A DNA stretch of 64,000 nt from Mobula hypostoma (lineage: Eukaryota): contig NC_086108.1 in NCBI RefSeq assembly GCF_963921235.1, forward strand, positions 85,128,001-85,192,000, written 5' to 3'. Under the pieces are notes generated by a model. That model ran no database searches, was not told the origin of the DNA, and was given only the letters and a program-made list of their open reading frames with translations. Of the stretch, positions 36,399 to 47,990 are shown piece after piece (position 1 is the first letter of the stretch; each line of letters opens with the position of its first letter). A program made the position numbers and the translations under genes.

Positions 36399-38770
36399 AT
36401 ATTTTGTCACTCCAAAACATAAAAACTAATTGAAAGTAAAACAAGGAAGCCTGGAATGTGAATCTAACTTTGTTGTTACTTTAACAAAGGCGCGCAAGTA
36501 TGACATAGTGGTGTGATTATGTATGCTATTTACATACTTTTACATACATCTTGCCGTGTATTATGTAAACAACAAAGAATGCTTAATCAAACGATATATC
36601 TATAATGTTACTCAAATATCACTGAAATATTAAACACACAACTCCTCCCTGCTTACCTATGAACTCCAACTCAATACAGAGCATCCCAGTTTTTATACAT
36701 ATACTATATATACATTCACAGCATAGTAAATTTTAAATCGTCCTATTCAGGCCTAAAGATTTATTCACTGTGGAAGATTTCTTAGTCTTGTAGGATAATA
36801 TCTTTTCTGACAAGGCAGGTCACTCTGCTTGGCTGCTGAGACTTTTGGCTGTGAAAACAATCTCAGGTTCTAGGCCTGCTCTCTGGTGGTTGTAGGAGTT
36901 GACTTTGAGATTGCAGGAAGTGGTTTTGACAGCTCTGGACACCTTTATTCTCCTTTTATCGGTTTTTCTCTTTGGAACTGCTTCGATCTTTGCTTCTCTC
37001 CTAGTCCCAGCTTCTGTCTCTGTTTATCCTACTCTTTTTCTATCTCAAGTTCCTTCTCTCTTTCATGCTTTCTTCTTCTTGCTCATGTTCTTTCTCTCTA
37101 TCTCTCCTCTCCTTTTCAACTTCTCGTCTTTCTTTCTCTTGCTCTTCTTTTCCTCCTTTTTCCTGAGCATCTGTGAATTAGTAATTCTCTCGAGAAATTA
37201 GGCCTTGTTTATGTTCCACTTCCATAGCACTTACAGTATGTAATCCCCTTCTTCCTTTTCCATTTTCTTTCTAGGATATGCATCTTGATTTTGGGAAGGT
37301 GCATTTAGTTCACTGGTAGATTCTCTAATTAATCCTTCTATTGTTCCCTTTACGATCTGATCTCTACTTTTGGTTTCCTCATCCACAAAATCATCTGATA
37401 AATCTTCAATTTTTGTATCTCCATTGACCCCTTTCTTTTTGGCCTTCCATTCATCTAGATGGACTTTGGTCTTTGATCTACTTTTATAAATAGCTTTTTG
37501 CTTCCCATTTGAATATTATGCAATAATCTTAATTTATGCAGAGTACATTGTGGTTCTTTATACTTACAAAAGCCAAATGCTTGCAACTTTCATGAAGCTT
37601 GTTGAACTCTGTTCCAGCTGAAAACCAAACCACAATTCACAAGTAACTGCCTGATTAACATATCAAAAGCTTTCTCAGATATGCTGCATACAAAAACTGT
37701 CAAGTTGGACCTCTGCTTTCGTCACTTTTACAATCCCTCTGAGCAGCATGGTCCTTCCTTGGTCCAATATGCTTTCCAACCAGACCCACAGAGGTTGGCA
37801 ACAACACCTGTGTGCCCTTTGTTCAATGGTTCATGGTATACAGCACGACAACAGTTGTGGCATCATCTTATACCTTTCTTAAATCGCTTTCAGTTGACTC
37901 CATTACAGGGAATGTGGCATGCAAGTGGGGGATGGATCTTAGCCACTCATTTCCACGCACTGTTGGCCCTCCTGTTTTTACCACATGCAAGTCCAATGTG
38001 GCTTGTTGGTTGTTGTATTTCACAGTTACAAATGTCATTCCCACAGGAATTATCTTTTCTCTATTATAAGTTCTTATTTGGATATCTGCAGGCTTCAGTT
38101 CAGTATCTTTGAAATGCCATTCAAATTCATTTTCTGGAATGACTGACACGGCCGAACCAGAGTCCAATTCCATTTTAATAAATTTGCCATTCACTTCTGG
38201 TGTAAACCATATTGCTTGTCTATTGTTAGTTTTCATATTTTAAATCTTAAAGCTATCCAGTCCTGTGTCACTTTCATCATTATTAGAATTTTCCTCAGCA
38301 GCATACAGATTTATGCTCTTTTTCAAACTGCAACTTGACTTTTTATCTTTATCTCTTCCCTCTGCAGTCCATTTATTTCCGTCTGCCTAACATGCTCTTT
38401 GTATGTGTCCTACTTTGTTGTATTGTCTGGTCTGGTGTATGTGAGCCACTGCAATAACAGTAACACAATTTGTTTAGCCAGACATGCTTCAATTTAGATG
38501 TTGCAATTTTGTTCACGCTCTCTTTCATTCCTGACTGCAACTCAGTTGTGTCTGTCTGCTGCTTCCATTGATACAGCTATTTCAACTGCTCTTTCAAATG
38601 TAAGTTGTGCTTCAATTAGGAAGCATTTTTGAATGCTTTCTTGTAAGGTTCCACAAACGAAATGATCTCTCAATGCACCATTAGGCCCATCACTGAACCG
38701 ACAATGCTCCGACAATCTCTTCCATTCAGCCATGTAATGTGAAATGGACCCTTTTTCCTTAGGCACAAGA
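36399..38770 (-). mobile_element. Gypsy element (5'-truncated gag, protease, cargo, 3' UTR, PPT, 3' LTR 36399-36640)
   Basis: gag LSEHCRF..LRDHFVCG; protease MELDSGSAVSVI; PPT GCAGGGAGGAG before LTR start TGTGTG; LTR, gag and 3' UTR match the copy at 49637-54768. Confidence 0.9.
36955..37807 (-). pseudogene. RBM25: Intronless RBM25 retrocopy fragment (RRM and start of the RE/RD-rich region) inside Gypsy
   Basis: Manual translation: VLLPTSVGLVGKHIGPRKDH..GPT/TVFVCSISEKAFDMLIRQLLVNCGLVFSWNRVQQAS*KLQAFGFCKYKEP..KTKVHLDEWKAK..DEETKSRDQIVKGTIEGLIRESTSELNAPSQ..KERREVEKERRDRE, matching vertebrate RBM25 as I recall it; stop and frameshifts present. Confidence 0.92.
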
Positions 38771-39119
38771 TTATTCCATGCTGTGGTGGCTGATCAGTGC
38801 TAAATTTTATAGTTTAAAGCATACTACAGCAGTACAGAGAGTTTGTTGATGTTCCCTAAGCCAGGAAAGGGATTCCCTTTTCCTTCATGGAGCTGAGAAG
38901 ATTTGGATAGAGATTTGAACTCACTTTGCATTGGTGTCATTTGCTGTTATCAGATGTTGACGCCAACAGTGAGTTTAACTACATACTGTGACATGGTCTC
39001 GTGCCTTAAGTTAGGGTACTGCTTACTGCCTTCCCCCAAGAGTCTTGAATGACCCTGACAACTATTTCCCTTAACACCCCCTTAGGATACATAACCGCCC
39101 CCGTTTGGAATCACTGCCC

Positions 39120-39325
39120 TGAAGTTTTCATCCAGAGGATGGCTGAAGTCTGAGATGTGGCTCCTGAGAAGATAATGGAGGCATCCGGCTGAACACTTGA
39201 ATCAGCAAGGTATAGCAGGCTATAGAACGCATGCTAGTGAATGGGATCAGGATTGATGGGTCCTCAATGTCTGGCATGGTCATGGTGGGGCAAAGGTCAT
39301 CTTTCTGTGCTGTATAACTCTACAT
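39120..39325 (+). mobile_element. Old CR1 3' end
   Basis: TTTTCATCCAGAGGATGG..TTTCTGTGCTGTATAACTCTA. Confidence 0.6.
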
Positions 39326-39427
39326 CTGCATTGAAAACCATGTGACTGGTAGGCACCTGGTGGTTATTCCCATCTGTCTTCTCAACTCACAGTCCCAGCA
39401 TCTGCAATACTCAATGCAATTTGGGTG

Positions 39428-39600
39428 GGGTGGGGGAGTGGTTGGCTCTCTACAGCACTCACCTGACAAGGTTTTGGAAATAGTTGCTGTGTGCTGGTCT
39501 CTGTATAACCATACAAACAGAAAACTATGCTCTTGTCCAAGAACGTACAGTGAAAAGGAGGAGGGTGAGCTGGAAGAGCAGGAAGATTAACATTTTGCAT
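39428..39600 (+). mobile_element. Possible PIF/Harbinger transposase C-terminal relic
   Basis: GSLQHSPDKVLEIVAVCWSLYN followed by acidic EEGELEEQED resembles HARBI1-type LQYSPEKV..CC.LHN. Confidence 0.4.
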
Positions 39601-40624
39601 GAGAGAATAAAGATGATGGGAGGTTCTTCAAAATGGAGGCTCTCTATGGATAAACTGGCAGGACCTATTTGATAAAAGATTATACTGAACACCCACTTCA
39701 CGGGTTCTACCCACAGTCATGCACCTCATAGACTTGCACATAAAACAGAACATTTGCAAACACCTTGTCTGTAGAGGAAAGTTCATGAAGAGCCAATAGG
39801 CTGATTGATGTTACATCACTGTGCTGCAGTGCAAAGGTAGCAGGAAAACTATGAATGGATGCAGACTTTTGTTACCCTCTAATGCATACATTGCTTCAAC
39901 TAGCAGGTTCACCACATTTTTTGTGCACAAGACTCCCTCAGCGAAGAACAATCATTATTTAGGACAGGGGTGGTGTACGTTTTTGAAAACATGGTGCAAA
40001 TTCAGAAAATTATCTTAAATGCCATGGAAAATATGAGAAGAGATTATCATTGATCAATGAATTAGTAACAACTATTGAGGATTTTTTATAATGGAGAAAG
40101 GATGAGTCTTGCAGTCTACTTATGTGCATTCATCGTTTTACTATTAATAAAAGTGTAATAGAGCAGATTCAACAAAATGAAACATTTTTGAAAACCCGCT
40201 CAAAAAGGATTTATACTAATCTTTTAAAAAGACAATTGAAAAATCACAGCATTTCTAAATAGTATTGTTATTGCAACTGGTATATAACATAAGAAATATG
40301 AATGTGAAGTTATAAGCTTTTTCAAATACAGATGTGTTCACCAGGTCAGGCAAAACATATTATCCAATATCACATGTTCTCACAACCATCGAGCTGCCAC
40401 CGAGCCATCATGTGATGTTTCCTTTGAAAACATCTCATGGTTCTTGGGTTTTTAAAAATCACAACTTAATCGCTGCTTAATTTGGCCATAAAATTATCAT
40501 TATGTATCTCTTTATTATGGGTGTGGTTTAAAGAATTGAGGGACGACACTGTGTGCAACCTGCCACCAAGGTTTTGTATCTGCTATCTTGGGCACATGTG
40601 TCATGTGTTCACTACTCCTAAAGC

Positions 40625-41880
40625 TTAGAACATACAGAATAGAATAGTATGGCACATGAACGGGTCTTTTTGTCCATAATAATGTAAATTGAACTTATAA
40701 ATGCCTAAATAAACTATCCTTTCCATCTGCAAAACGTCCATATCCCATTCACTGTACATTCACCTGCCTATCTAAGAGTATTTATTGATAACCTCAATGA
40801 CTTGGCCTCTTCAGCAGTCTATGGTAATGAATTCAACAATTTCACCACCCTCTGGCTGAGCAAATTCCTACTCATCTCTGTTTTAAACAGATGTCCTTCT
40901 ACTCTGAGGCTGACCACTCTGGTCCCAATCTCCCCCACTACTCAGACCTATCAATATTCAGTCGATTTTAGTGAGATATCCTCTCATTCTTCTAAACTCC
41001 AATGAATACTGTCTAGTGTCATCAAATGCTTTTCATAATAAAGCCTTTCATCCCCCAGATCATTTTTGTAAACCTTCTCTGGACCCTCTCCAATGCCAGC
41101 ACAGCCTTTCATCAATAAAATGTCCAAAACTGCTATTTCCTCAAAGAATTTCAATGGGTTTGTCAGGCAAGATTTTCCTTTAAGAAAACCATGCCGACTT
41201 AGCCTATTTTATCATGCGCCTCCAAGTACCCCAAAACCTCATTTTTAATAATCAACTCCCTTTCCAACCCTGGGAATATTGCTAACTGAGCCAATAATTT
41301 CCAAACTTTTGCCCCTTTCTCTTCTTAAAGAGTGAAGTGACATTTGCAAATTTCTACTTCTCCTGAATTACTATCTTATTGACTAGCTTACCTTCATATT
41401 TCATCTTTTCTCTCATTACTTTTTTGGCTGCCTTCTGTTGGTTTGTAAAAGATTCCCAATCCTCTAGCTTCCCACTAATTTTTGCAATATTATATACCCT
41501 CTCTTTTGCTTTTATGCTGTCTTTGACTTCCCTTGTCAGTCATGCTCCCTTTGGAAAACTTCTCCTTTCGAATCAATCTATCCTGCACCTTCAGAATTGC
41601 TCTCAGAAACTCCTTCCAATCAACTTTGGTCATGCTTCTGAAATTGCCTTTGCTCCACTGTAATGCTGACTTTACCTTCTCCCTCAGATTTAAGGGTGAA
41701 TTTATCATATGATGATCACTGTCTCCTTAAGGTTCCTTAACCTTATAACGTTAATCAAATCAGGTTAATCATATAACACCCAATACAGAATTGCCTTTTC
41801 CCCAGTGGGCTCAACCACAAGCTGCTGTAAAAAGTCATCAGGAAAGCATTCTTCAAATTCCTTCTCTTGTGATCCTGGTT
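40625..41880 (-). mobile_element. CR1 fragments (3' end plus ORF2 pieces)
   Basis: SQRVVKLLN; SRHGFLKGKSCLTNPLKFFEE; FLQQLVVEPTGEKAILYWV. Confidence 0.8.
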
Positions 41881-42082
41881 TTTGACCATCATAATGGTCA
41901 ATAGTCAAATAATCAGGTAATATCTGCTTTAATGCAGTCATGTTAAGAAAGACTAAACTGATAACTTGCTGGACAAAACATTTGTAATTCCAAAGTAGCA
42001 TTTGTTCTTGAGATCATTTGTGTGCCTGACACAAAGCTATATCTTTCGTTAAGCAAGGTTCCTTGAAAAAATCAACCAATTT

Positions 42083-42417
42083 TAGAACATAGAACAGTAC
42101 AGCACAGTACAGGCCCTTTGGCCCCCAATGTTGTGCTGACCCTTAAACCTTGCCTCCCATATAACCCCCCCCACCTTAAATTCCTCCATATACCTGTCGA
42201 GTAGTCTCTTAAATTTCACTAGTGTATCTGCCTCCACCACTGACCCTCTGACTCAGGCAGTGCATTCCATGCACCAACCACTCTCTGAGTAAAAAACCTT
42301 CCTCTAATATTCCCCTTGAACTTCCCACCCCCTATCTTAAAGCCATGTCCCCTTGTATTGAGCAGTGGTTCCCTGGGGAAGAGGCACTGATTGTCCACTC
42401 TATCTATTCCTCTTAAT
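42083..42417 (-). mobile_element. CR1 3' end
   Basis: LRGIDRVD..FFTQRVVGAWNALP; AGAACATAGAAC tail. Confidence 0.9.
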
Positions 42418-43089
42418 TTTGCAGTCTCTATTGCCAATGTAGGACAAATACTGATTTTGGTTGAAGAAGGAGACAACATTACAGTTGACTATTCAATTGG
42501 ACTTGGTGGCAAAATGACTGAATGTACCCCATGCCCCACCTGATCAGAGCATGCCCATTTGTAAACAAAGCAATAAGGTTCTCACATACTTCACTAAGAA
42601 ATCCAGAATCTCCAGTGATCTCAGCTTCATTTGAGCATGATCGTTGAGAGACTGACGACTTCTGACTTCATATTGATTAACAAGCATTATTTAGGACCCG
42701 ATTGAGGGATGATAAACATGTCAGTGGTATGAGGGAATTGATTCTAAATCTATGAGAGGCAAATGTGCATCTTCCTAACAAATGACATCTCCCATAGATG
42801 GACAAATGGCATAGTTACTGTCTTTCATTGATTTCTGAGGTTCAATGTATTTTCTATGCTTTCTTTAACCTGAACACTTACGCAAAGGACAGCCATGCAG
42901 CATTGCCACATTCATTTATTCATCATTCATGAGGCTACAGAGCTGTTCCATTTGCACAATAAAGAGGAATACTCACTTGTCTAGCTTGGTGAGCCTCTGA
43001 GAGTGGAAGGGTATTCCTCTTTGATGTACAAAAGTCTCGTTACAGACAGCTTGAGATTGGCGGACAAAGCGGAACATAACGGAAAACAA

Positions 43090-43570
43090 CTAAAATTGCG
43101 GATTTTATTGCAATTCAGATGCTGGAAGCTGAAATAAAAATAGAAAATGCTGTAGGAACTCAGCCAGTTATGCAGCATTGGTAAAAGGAGAAACCAGCCA
43201 ATGTTTTGGGTCAGTGATCGTTCCTCAGAACTGGGGGAAGAGTGGAGGGACAGCAGGTTTCAAACAGCTGGTGGAAGGAGACTGGGGTAAGACAAAAGAT
43301 TGTACGGAGATTGGTTTAGGTAGATCAGGTGATAGGAGATTGAGCACTGAGTGATAAGAAGGCATTATATAGAAATTATGAAGGGGCATAAATATCGCAC
43401 ATTGAAACCCATGGGTGAGCAGCTGACTTGAAAAAGGAAACTTTAATGATCATTCCAGAAGAGGTGCCAAATGCCCCAATAGATGATAATATGCTTTTCC
43501 TCCAGTTTACATTAAGGCTTCTATATGGAATTGGAGGATGCCACCGACAGATAGAACAATAGCAGTGGAG
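43090..43570 (-). mobile_element. Very old Penelope-like 3' fragment
   Basis: CAGATGCTGGAAG..AATGCTGTAGGAACTCAGC terminal motif. Confidence 0.6.
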
Positions 43571-43691
43571 TTAATTTCAAAGTCCTGTAATGACACACAT
43601 ATTTACATTAATTCACTTTGTGTTTGTGAAAGAACATATATGGTTTTGTGTTGACATCTTCATTTGCAAGTGAGACAGGACAGTGAGGAAT

Positions 43692-43692
<1 letters not shown>

Positions 43693-43734
<42 letters not shown>
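43693..43734. repeat. (GT)21 microsatellite
   Basis: Perfect GT run. Confidence 0.98.
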
Positions 43735-43736
<2 letters not shown>

Positions 43737-45334
43737 ACACACGCTTGTGCTTATGTGTTAATGTCTGATGGATTGTGGAATTTCAACTGTCACACTGCCC
43801 TGATTTGATTCAGGATGATAACTGTAGAATCCACGGACACTTGGGTTAATGGTAAGGCCACATGTCATAAAAGTTTGGGAACCCCAGCTCTAGAATGAGC
43901 TGATTCTCTTTCCTGTTCTTCCCTGGATCTCCTCCTGGAGCCCATGTTGTAGAAGACAAGACTCATGCACTCCAGTGCCTCTTTTGCAGTCCACTTAAAT
44001 CTGTGCACAGACATTTCAGGCACTGCCATAGTCTGGTGAAGAACATCCTTCAAATATTGGAGCCCTGGCATCAATTAACAAATGAATAGACCAATCAGTG
44101 CTAACTGTTAGAACATGCACACATTCTTATTTAAGGCACCGAAGGGCACTCCAAATGCTCTTAGACAGTTGTATGAAGGTTGCAATTGATTCTTGTACCC
44201 CGGCTGCACAGGATATCCCCAGGTTAACCACATAGTGCAGGATTTGTACTCTTATTTCAGAGTAATCAATATATCAGGGGTGTGTTTGGTTTTGTACATG
44301 TCTGTAGTCACTGTTTGCTACTCAATCTAACCTGGAGTATTACCTGACAAAGTTACAATCAGTAAATGCAATCAATGAACAGGGCAGAACAGTAGTTTGA
44401 TTACAGACCATTTGGAATCGTTCAGCTTCTCTATCTCTTTTTGTCACAACTGGTTGAATGCAGGACTTAAATTGCTTGGCAGTGTATGCATTAATATGGA
44501 GCTATTGCAGTTGAGACAACTGGAATACCTGAATACTTGACTCTGAAATAATTACCATTCAAAGACATGGGTGGGGTTCACACTGGCTGCGAATACATGT
44601 ACCAGTAAACAGCCTTGCACTGAAATTATATGTGTGGTCACCAACCATCAATTTCTCTTAATACCATGGCAGAGAAAATAAAGTAACATTTCAGAGTTTC
44701 AAATGTACCAATCTTTCTGCAGACAATTGTCCTGAAGGTTATCAATCAAGACTGCACCCCGAGAAATAACTTCTTTCAGCTTCTTTAAGGTCCATTTCCC
44801 TGGTGATGATGGAGGTTTTCATGAGAAGCAGAACTCATTGGCACCTAGGGAGTATCAAAGTAATAATCCTAAATGGCATTACCTGTTAGCTGAAACTTAT
44901 ATTTCAGACTGTGTTATAAATGGTTTAGAAAAGCTATTTTGAATTAAGTTCTACAAAACTTTAAAATATGCAATCTCTCAAATCCATAAAATTTACTTTT
45001 TTTAAGTGGCATCACCACCTCTGAGAATTCTTGGGATGTTATATAAATAGATTAAGAATCCTTCAAATGCATCAGTAAACATAATATACTGTTTGCTCCT
45101 GGGGTTTATTCAATTCATATCATGTTGATCCAATTCAATCACATTCTGTTATAGTATATGCATTACACTCAATTAAATTGCAGTCTCCTATGCAGGAAAA
45201 CAGCGATGGAAACAGAGATGTTCAAAGGTGATTCAGTTTAGTATGATTACTCTTGAACTGTTTTGAACATTTAGTGTTGCAACAAAGCAATGAGATGCTG
45301 AGGGTGTGTTTTGACGTAAAGCTTTTAGTTTTGG

Positions 45335-45845
45335 GTCAGTGAGCAGCATTTTTACCTCTAAGAAGAGTGATAGTGAGTTCATTTTGCAGGCCGGAGTGTT
45401 GAGCAGATACTCGAGGCTGATGCTATAGCACACCAAGAAGTGACTGCTGCACCACCTGAGGTGCTGTCCAACAAAGAGACATCAACCAAAGCAACTCTCT
45501 GTTGGGCGTGGGCAAAAATCTCACGGTATTCAAAATTAAATGGCAAACCAGAGCTAATAAAAGGCATTCTGACAAAAACTCATCCATCTGAAAAGTTAAC
45601 ACTGCTCCTCTCTTGGCAGATGTTGTCTGCTATCCATGGTCTATCTTCATATTTCCAGCTTCTGCTGTTTCTATGTCACCAAGACAGATTATATGATTTT
45701 GAAGTCTTGATGTGTTCAAGATTGGTTATCACATTTCCTTATATTACAACAATGACAATGCATCAAAAAGTACTTCAAAGTAAGGTGCAATGGGAGATGC
45801 TGAAATCGTGAAAAATGCAATATAAATTCAAGTCTTTTCCTCTTT
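45335..45845 (+). repeat. Old Deu-SINE-like (SacSINE1-type) element with a small internal insert
   Basis: Head CAGTGAGCAGCATTTTTACCTCT; Deu-like GAGGCTGATGC..TGCTGCACCACCTGAGGTGCTGTC; tail ATTACAACAATGAC..CAAAAAGTACTTC..ATATAAATTCAAGTCTTT. Confidence 0.6.
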
Positions 45846-46064
45846 CTTAATTCAGAACAGTCGATAGCATGGAGCAGACAGGCATTTCTAGTTATTGCTT
45901 TCAATTTATTTGAGTTTCTTCATCATTTGTGACTTTTTTATTACTTATAGTAACAGTTTTGAGGACATATTGAATCAAATTCAGTTGTTTTTTTTAAAAA
46001 AAATTGACTCACTTCCTGTCCTTTCTGTGATTGTGGCAACTCTTGTGGACCCATCAGCTTTCTC

Positions 46065-46338
46065 ATTTTTCACTCACCTCAACACGAAACTGATTCTACA
46101 CCCTATGGACTTACTTTAAAAGACTCTATAACTCATGTTCTATATTATTAATTATTACTATTTGTTTTTCCTCTGTATTTGCACTGTTTGTACATTGGTT
46201 AGTTGTCAGTCATTGTGTGCAATTTCTAATTGATTCAATTGAATTTCTATGATCCTGATGAATGCCTGCAAGAAAATGAATCTCAGAGCAGTATGTGGTG
46301 AAGGTATGTTCTTTGATAATAAATTTACTTTGAACTTA
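46065..46338 (+). mobile_element. Rex1 3' UTR
   Basis: Matches 2540-2836; ends TAATAAATTTACTTTGAACTT. Confidence 0.75.
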
Positions 46339-47129
46339 AAACATTGAACCTTGTCAGCAGCATCACTGTCAAGTCTTCTTGTCTTGTCCATCATCCAGGT
46401 ATGGAATTGTTATAGAAAATGTACATATAAGATAAAGAAGATGTGGTGTTTTCATTCAGTTATCCCTTTCCTGGATGAAAAATATCATGCCCACTATCTG
46501 GAAGAGGTCACCCAACCTGATATGCAATAAGGATTGAAGCTAGAACTAGTAGGTCTTGGCTTTTTCAGATAAGGTGCCAACTCCAGTAGCTAACTTTTAA
46601 ATTTTTTCTAAAATTCTAAGTCTAATTCTCAGGGCTCAGAGAATAAAATTCTCAGGGCTAAGGAATGAAATTTGCTGATAAAATACAACTTACGAACAGA
46701 TTCAACAGCTTGCATTATAGATTCAACTCGTGGTACTCATTCATTTTTTATCTGCAAGGTTGTCGCAGGAACGTACCTTCATTAAATTGTCAGTTGTCAA
46801 GCTTTAAAGCTTCATATCTATGTAATTAAAAGGCTTCTTCCCAGCATGTGTCTTAAAAATATTTGTAATTTATTTAACCAGTAATATCAGAGAAATTGTA
46901 ATGAAACAGAAGGAGAGAGCAGCATGACTGAAAATTGTAATCCACTGATGAAACATGGCTACCCCTTGCAACCTTTGAGCAAATGGTCACTTAAAATGAG
47001 AAGGGAGATAGGCAGGCTAAAACACAAATGAAAGATCTGAGGTAAATTTGGGAGATGGAGGGAATAATGACAGTTGAGTGCAGGCTGGCACAGATTGCTG
47101 TTTTAAATTGAAGCATGCATTTCTCAAAC

Positions 47130-47615
47130 AAATGAGTAGCAGCACGTCATATTCCACCTGGGTATCCTCCAGTCTGACAGCATGAACTTTGATTTCTCTA
47201 ACTTCTGGTAATTTATCTCCGTTCCCCCTTCTCTTTTTCAATTCCCCATTCTGGTTCCTGTTTTACCCCTTCTCTTCTCCCTATCTGTTCTGCAACCTTC
47301 CTCTGGTGCCAATCCTCCTTCCTTTTCTCCGATGGATTGCTCTGCTATTCTAACAGATTCCACCTTCTTCATCTCTGTCCATTTTCCATTTATTACTTCC
47401 CAGCTTCTCACTTCATCCTCCCTCCCCAATCCAATCACCTTCGCCCTCACTTACCTTCTCCTATCACCTCCCAGCTTGTACACCTTTCCAGTCCCCCCGC
47501 CCCACCTTCTCATTCTGGCTTCTTCCCCTTTCTTTTCCAAACCAAAACATTGACTGTTTATTCCTCTCCATAGATGCCACCTAACCTGCTGAATTCCTCC
47601 AGCATTCTGTGTTTT
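47130..47615 (+). mobile_element. Penelope-like 3' end
   Basis: QHVIFHLGILQSDSMNFDFSNF C-terminus; pyrimidine-rich UTR; shared tail. Confidence 0.8.
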
Positions 47616-47799
47616 TAACTCACACTGTCTCATTCACCCATTGCCTTTGATCTCTCTGTGTTTCTAGCCGAAGCAAATTCTTGCTTTAGCGATGTCTTGG
47701 TTCTAAACTTACTCTTGTTTTGAATCTACTCTAAGTCTTTCTCCTCCCTTAGCCCCTACCAGGACTAAACTTTTAAGATTTTTTAAAAATCCAAATGTA

Positions 47800-47990
47800 A
47801 TTATTCCACAAGTGACTCCATTTTCAAATCTCTAAGCTCTGGAACTCCCACACTTCCCCACTGCAAATCTCTTCACCTCTCGTTCTTCCTTCAAAATGTT
47901 CCTTAAAACCTATCTCCCTGCCAAAGCTTCTGGCCATCTTACTCAAATCTTCTTCATGTTGCTTAGTTTACAAATTCCTTCTGTTTCGCA
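47800..47990 (+). mobile_element. L2 LINE 3' end relic
   Basis: CTAAGCTCTGGAACTCCC..TCCTTCAAAATGTTCCTTAAAACCTATCTC (KLWNS..SFK..LKTYL). Confidence 0.6.

Noticed and set aside
36886..37201. Plus-strand hydrophobic Leu/Phe/Ser-rich ORFs as membrane proteins
   Set aside because: They are the antisense shadow of the purine-rich RBM25 charged region.
36955..37807. Functional RBM25 gene or exon
   Set aside because: It has an in-frame stop, several frameshifts, no introns and no PWI domain, and lies inside a Gypsy element.
40400..40445. Small hairpin CATGTGATGTTTC..GAAAACATCTCATGG as a pre-miRNA
   Set aside because: The stem is too short and imperfect, and compatible with chance.
46624..46670. 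Direct repeat AATTCTCAGGGCT x2
   Set aside because: Simple local tandem duplication with no further structure.
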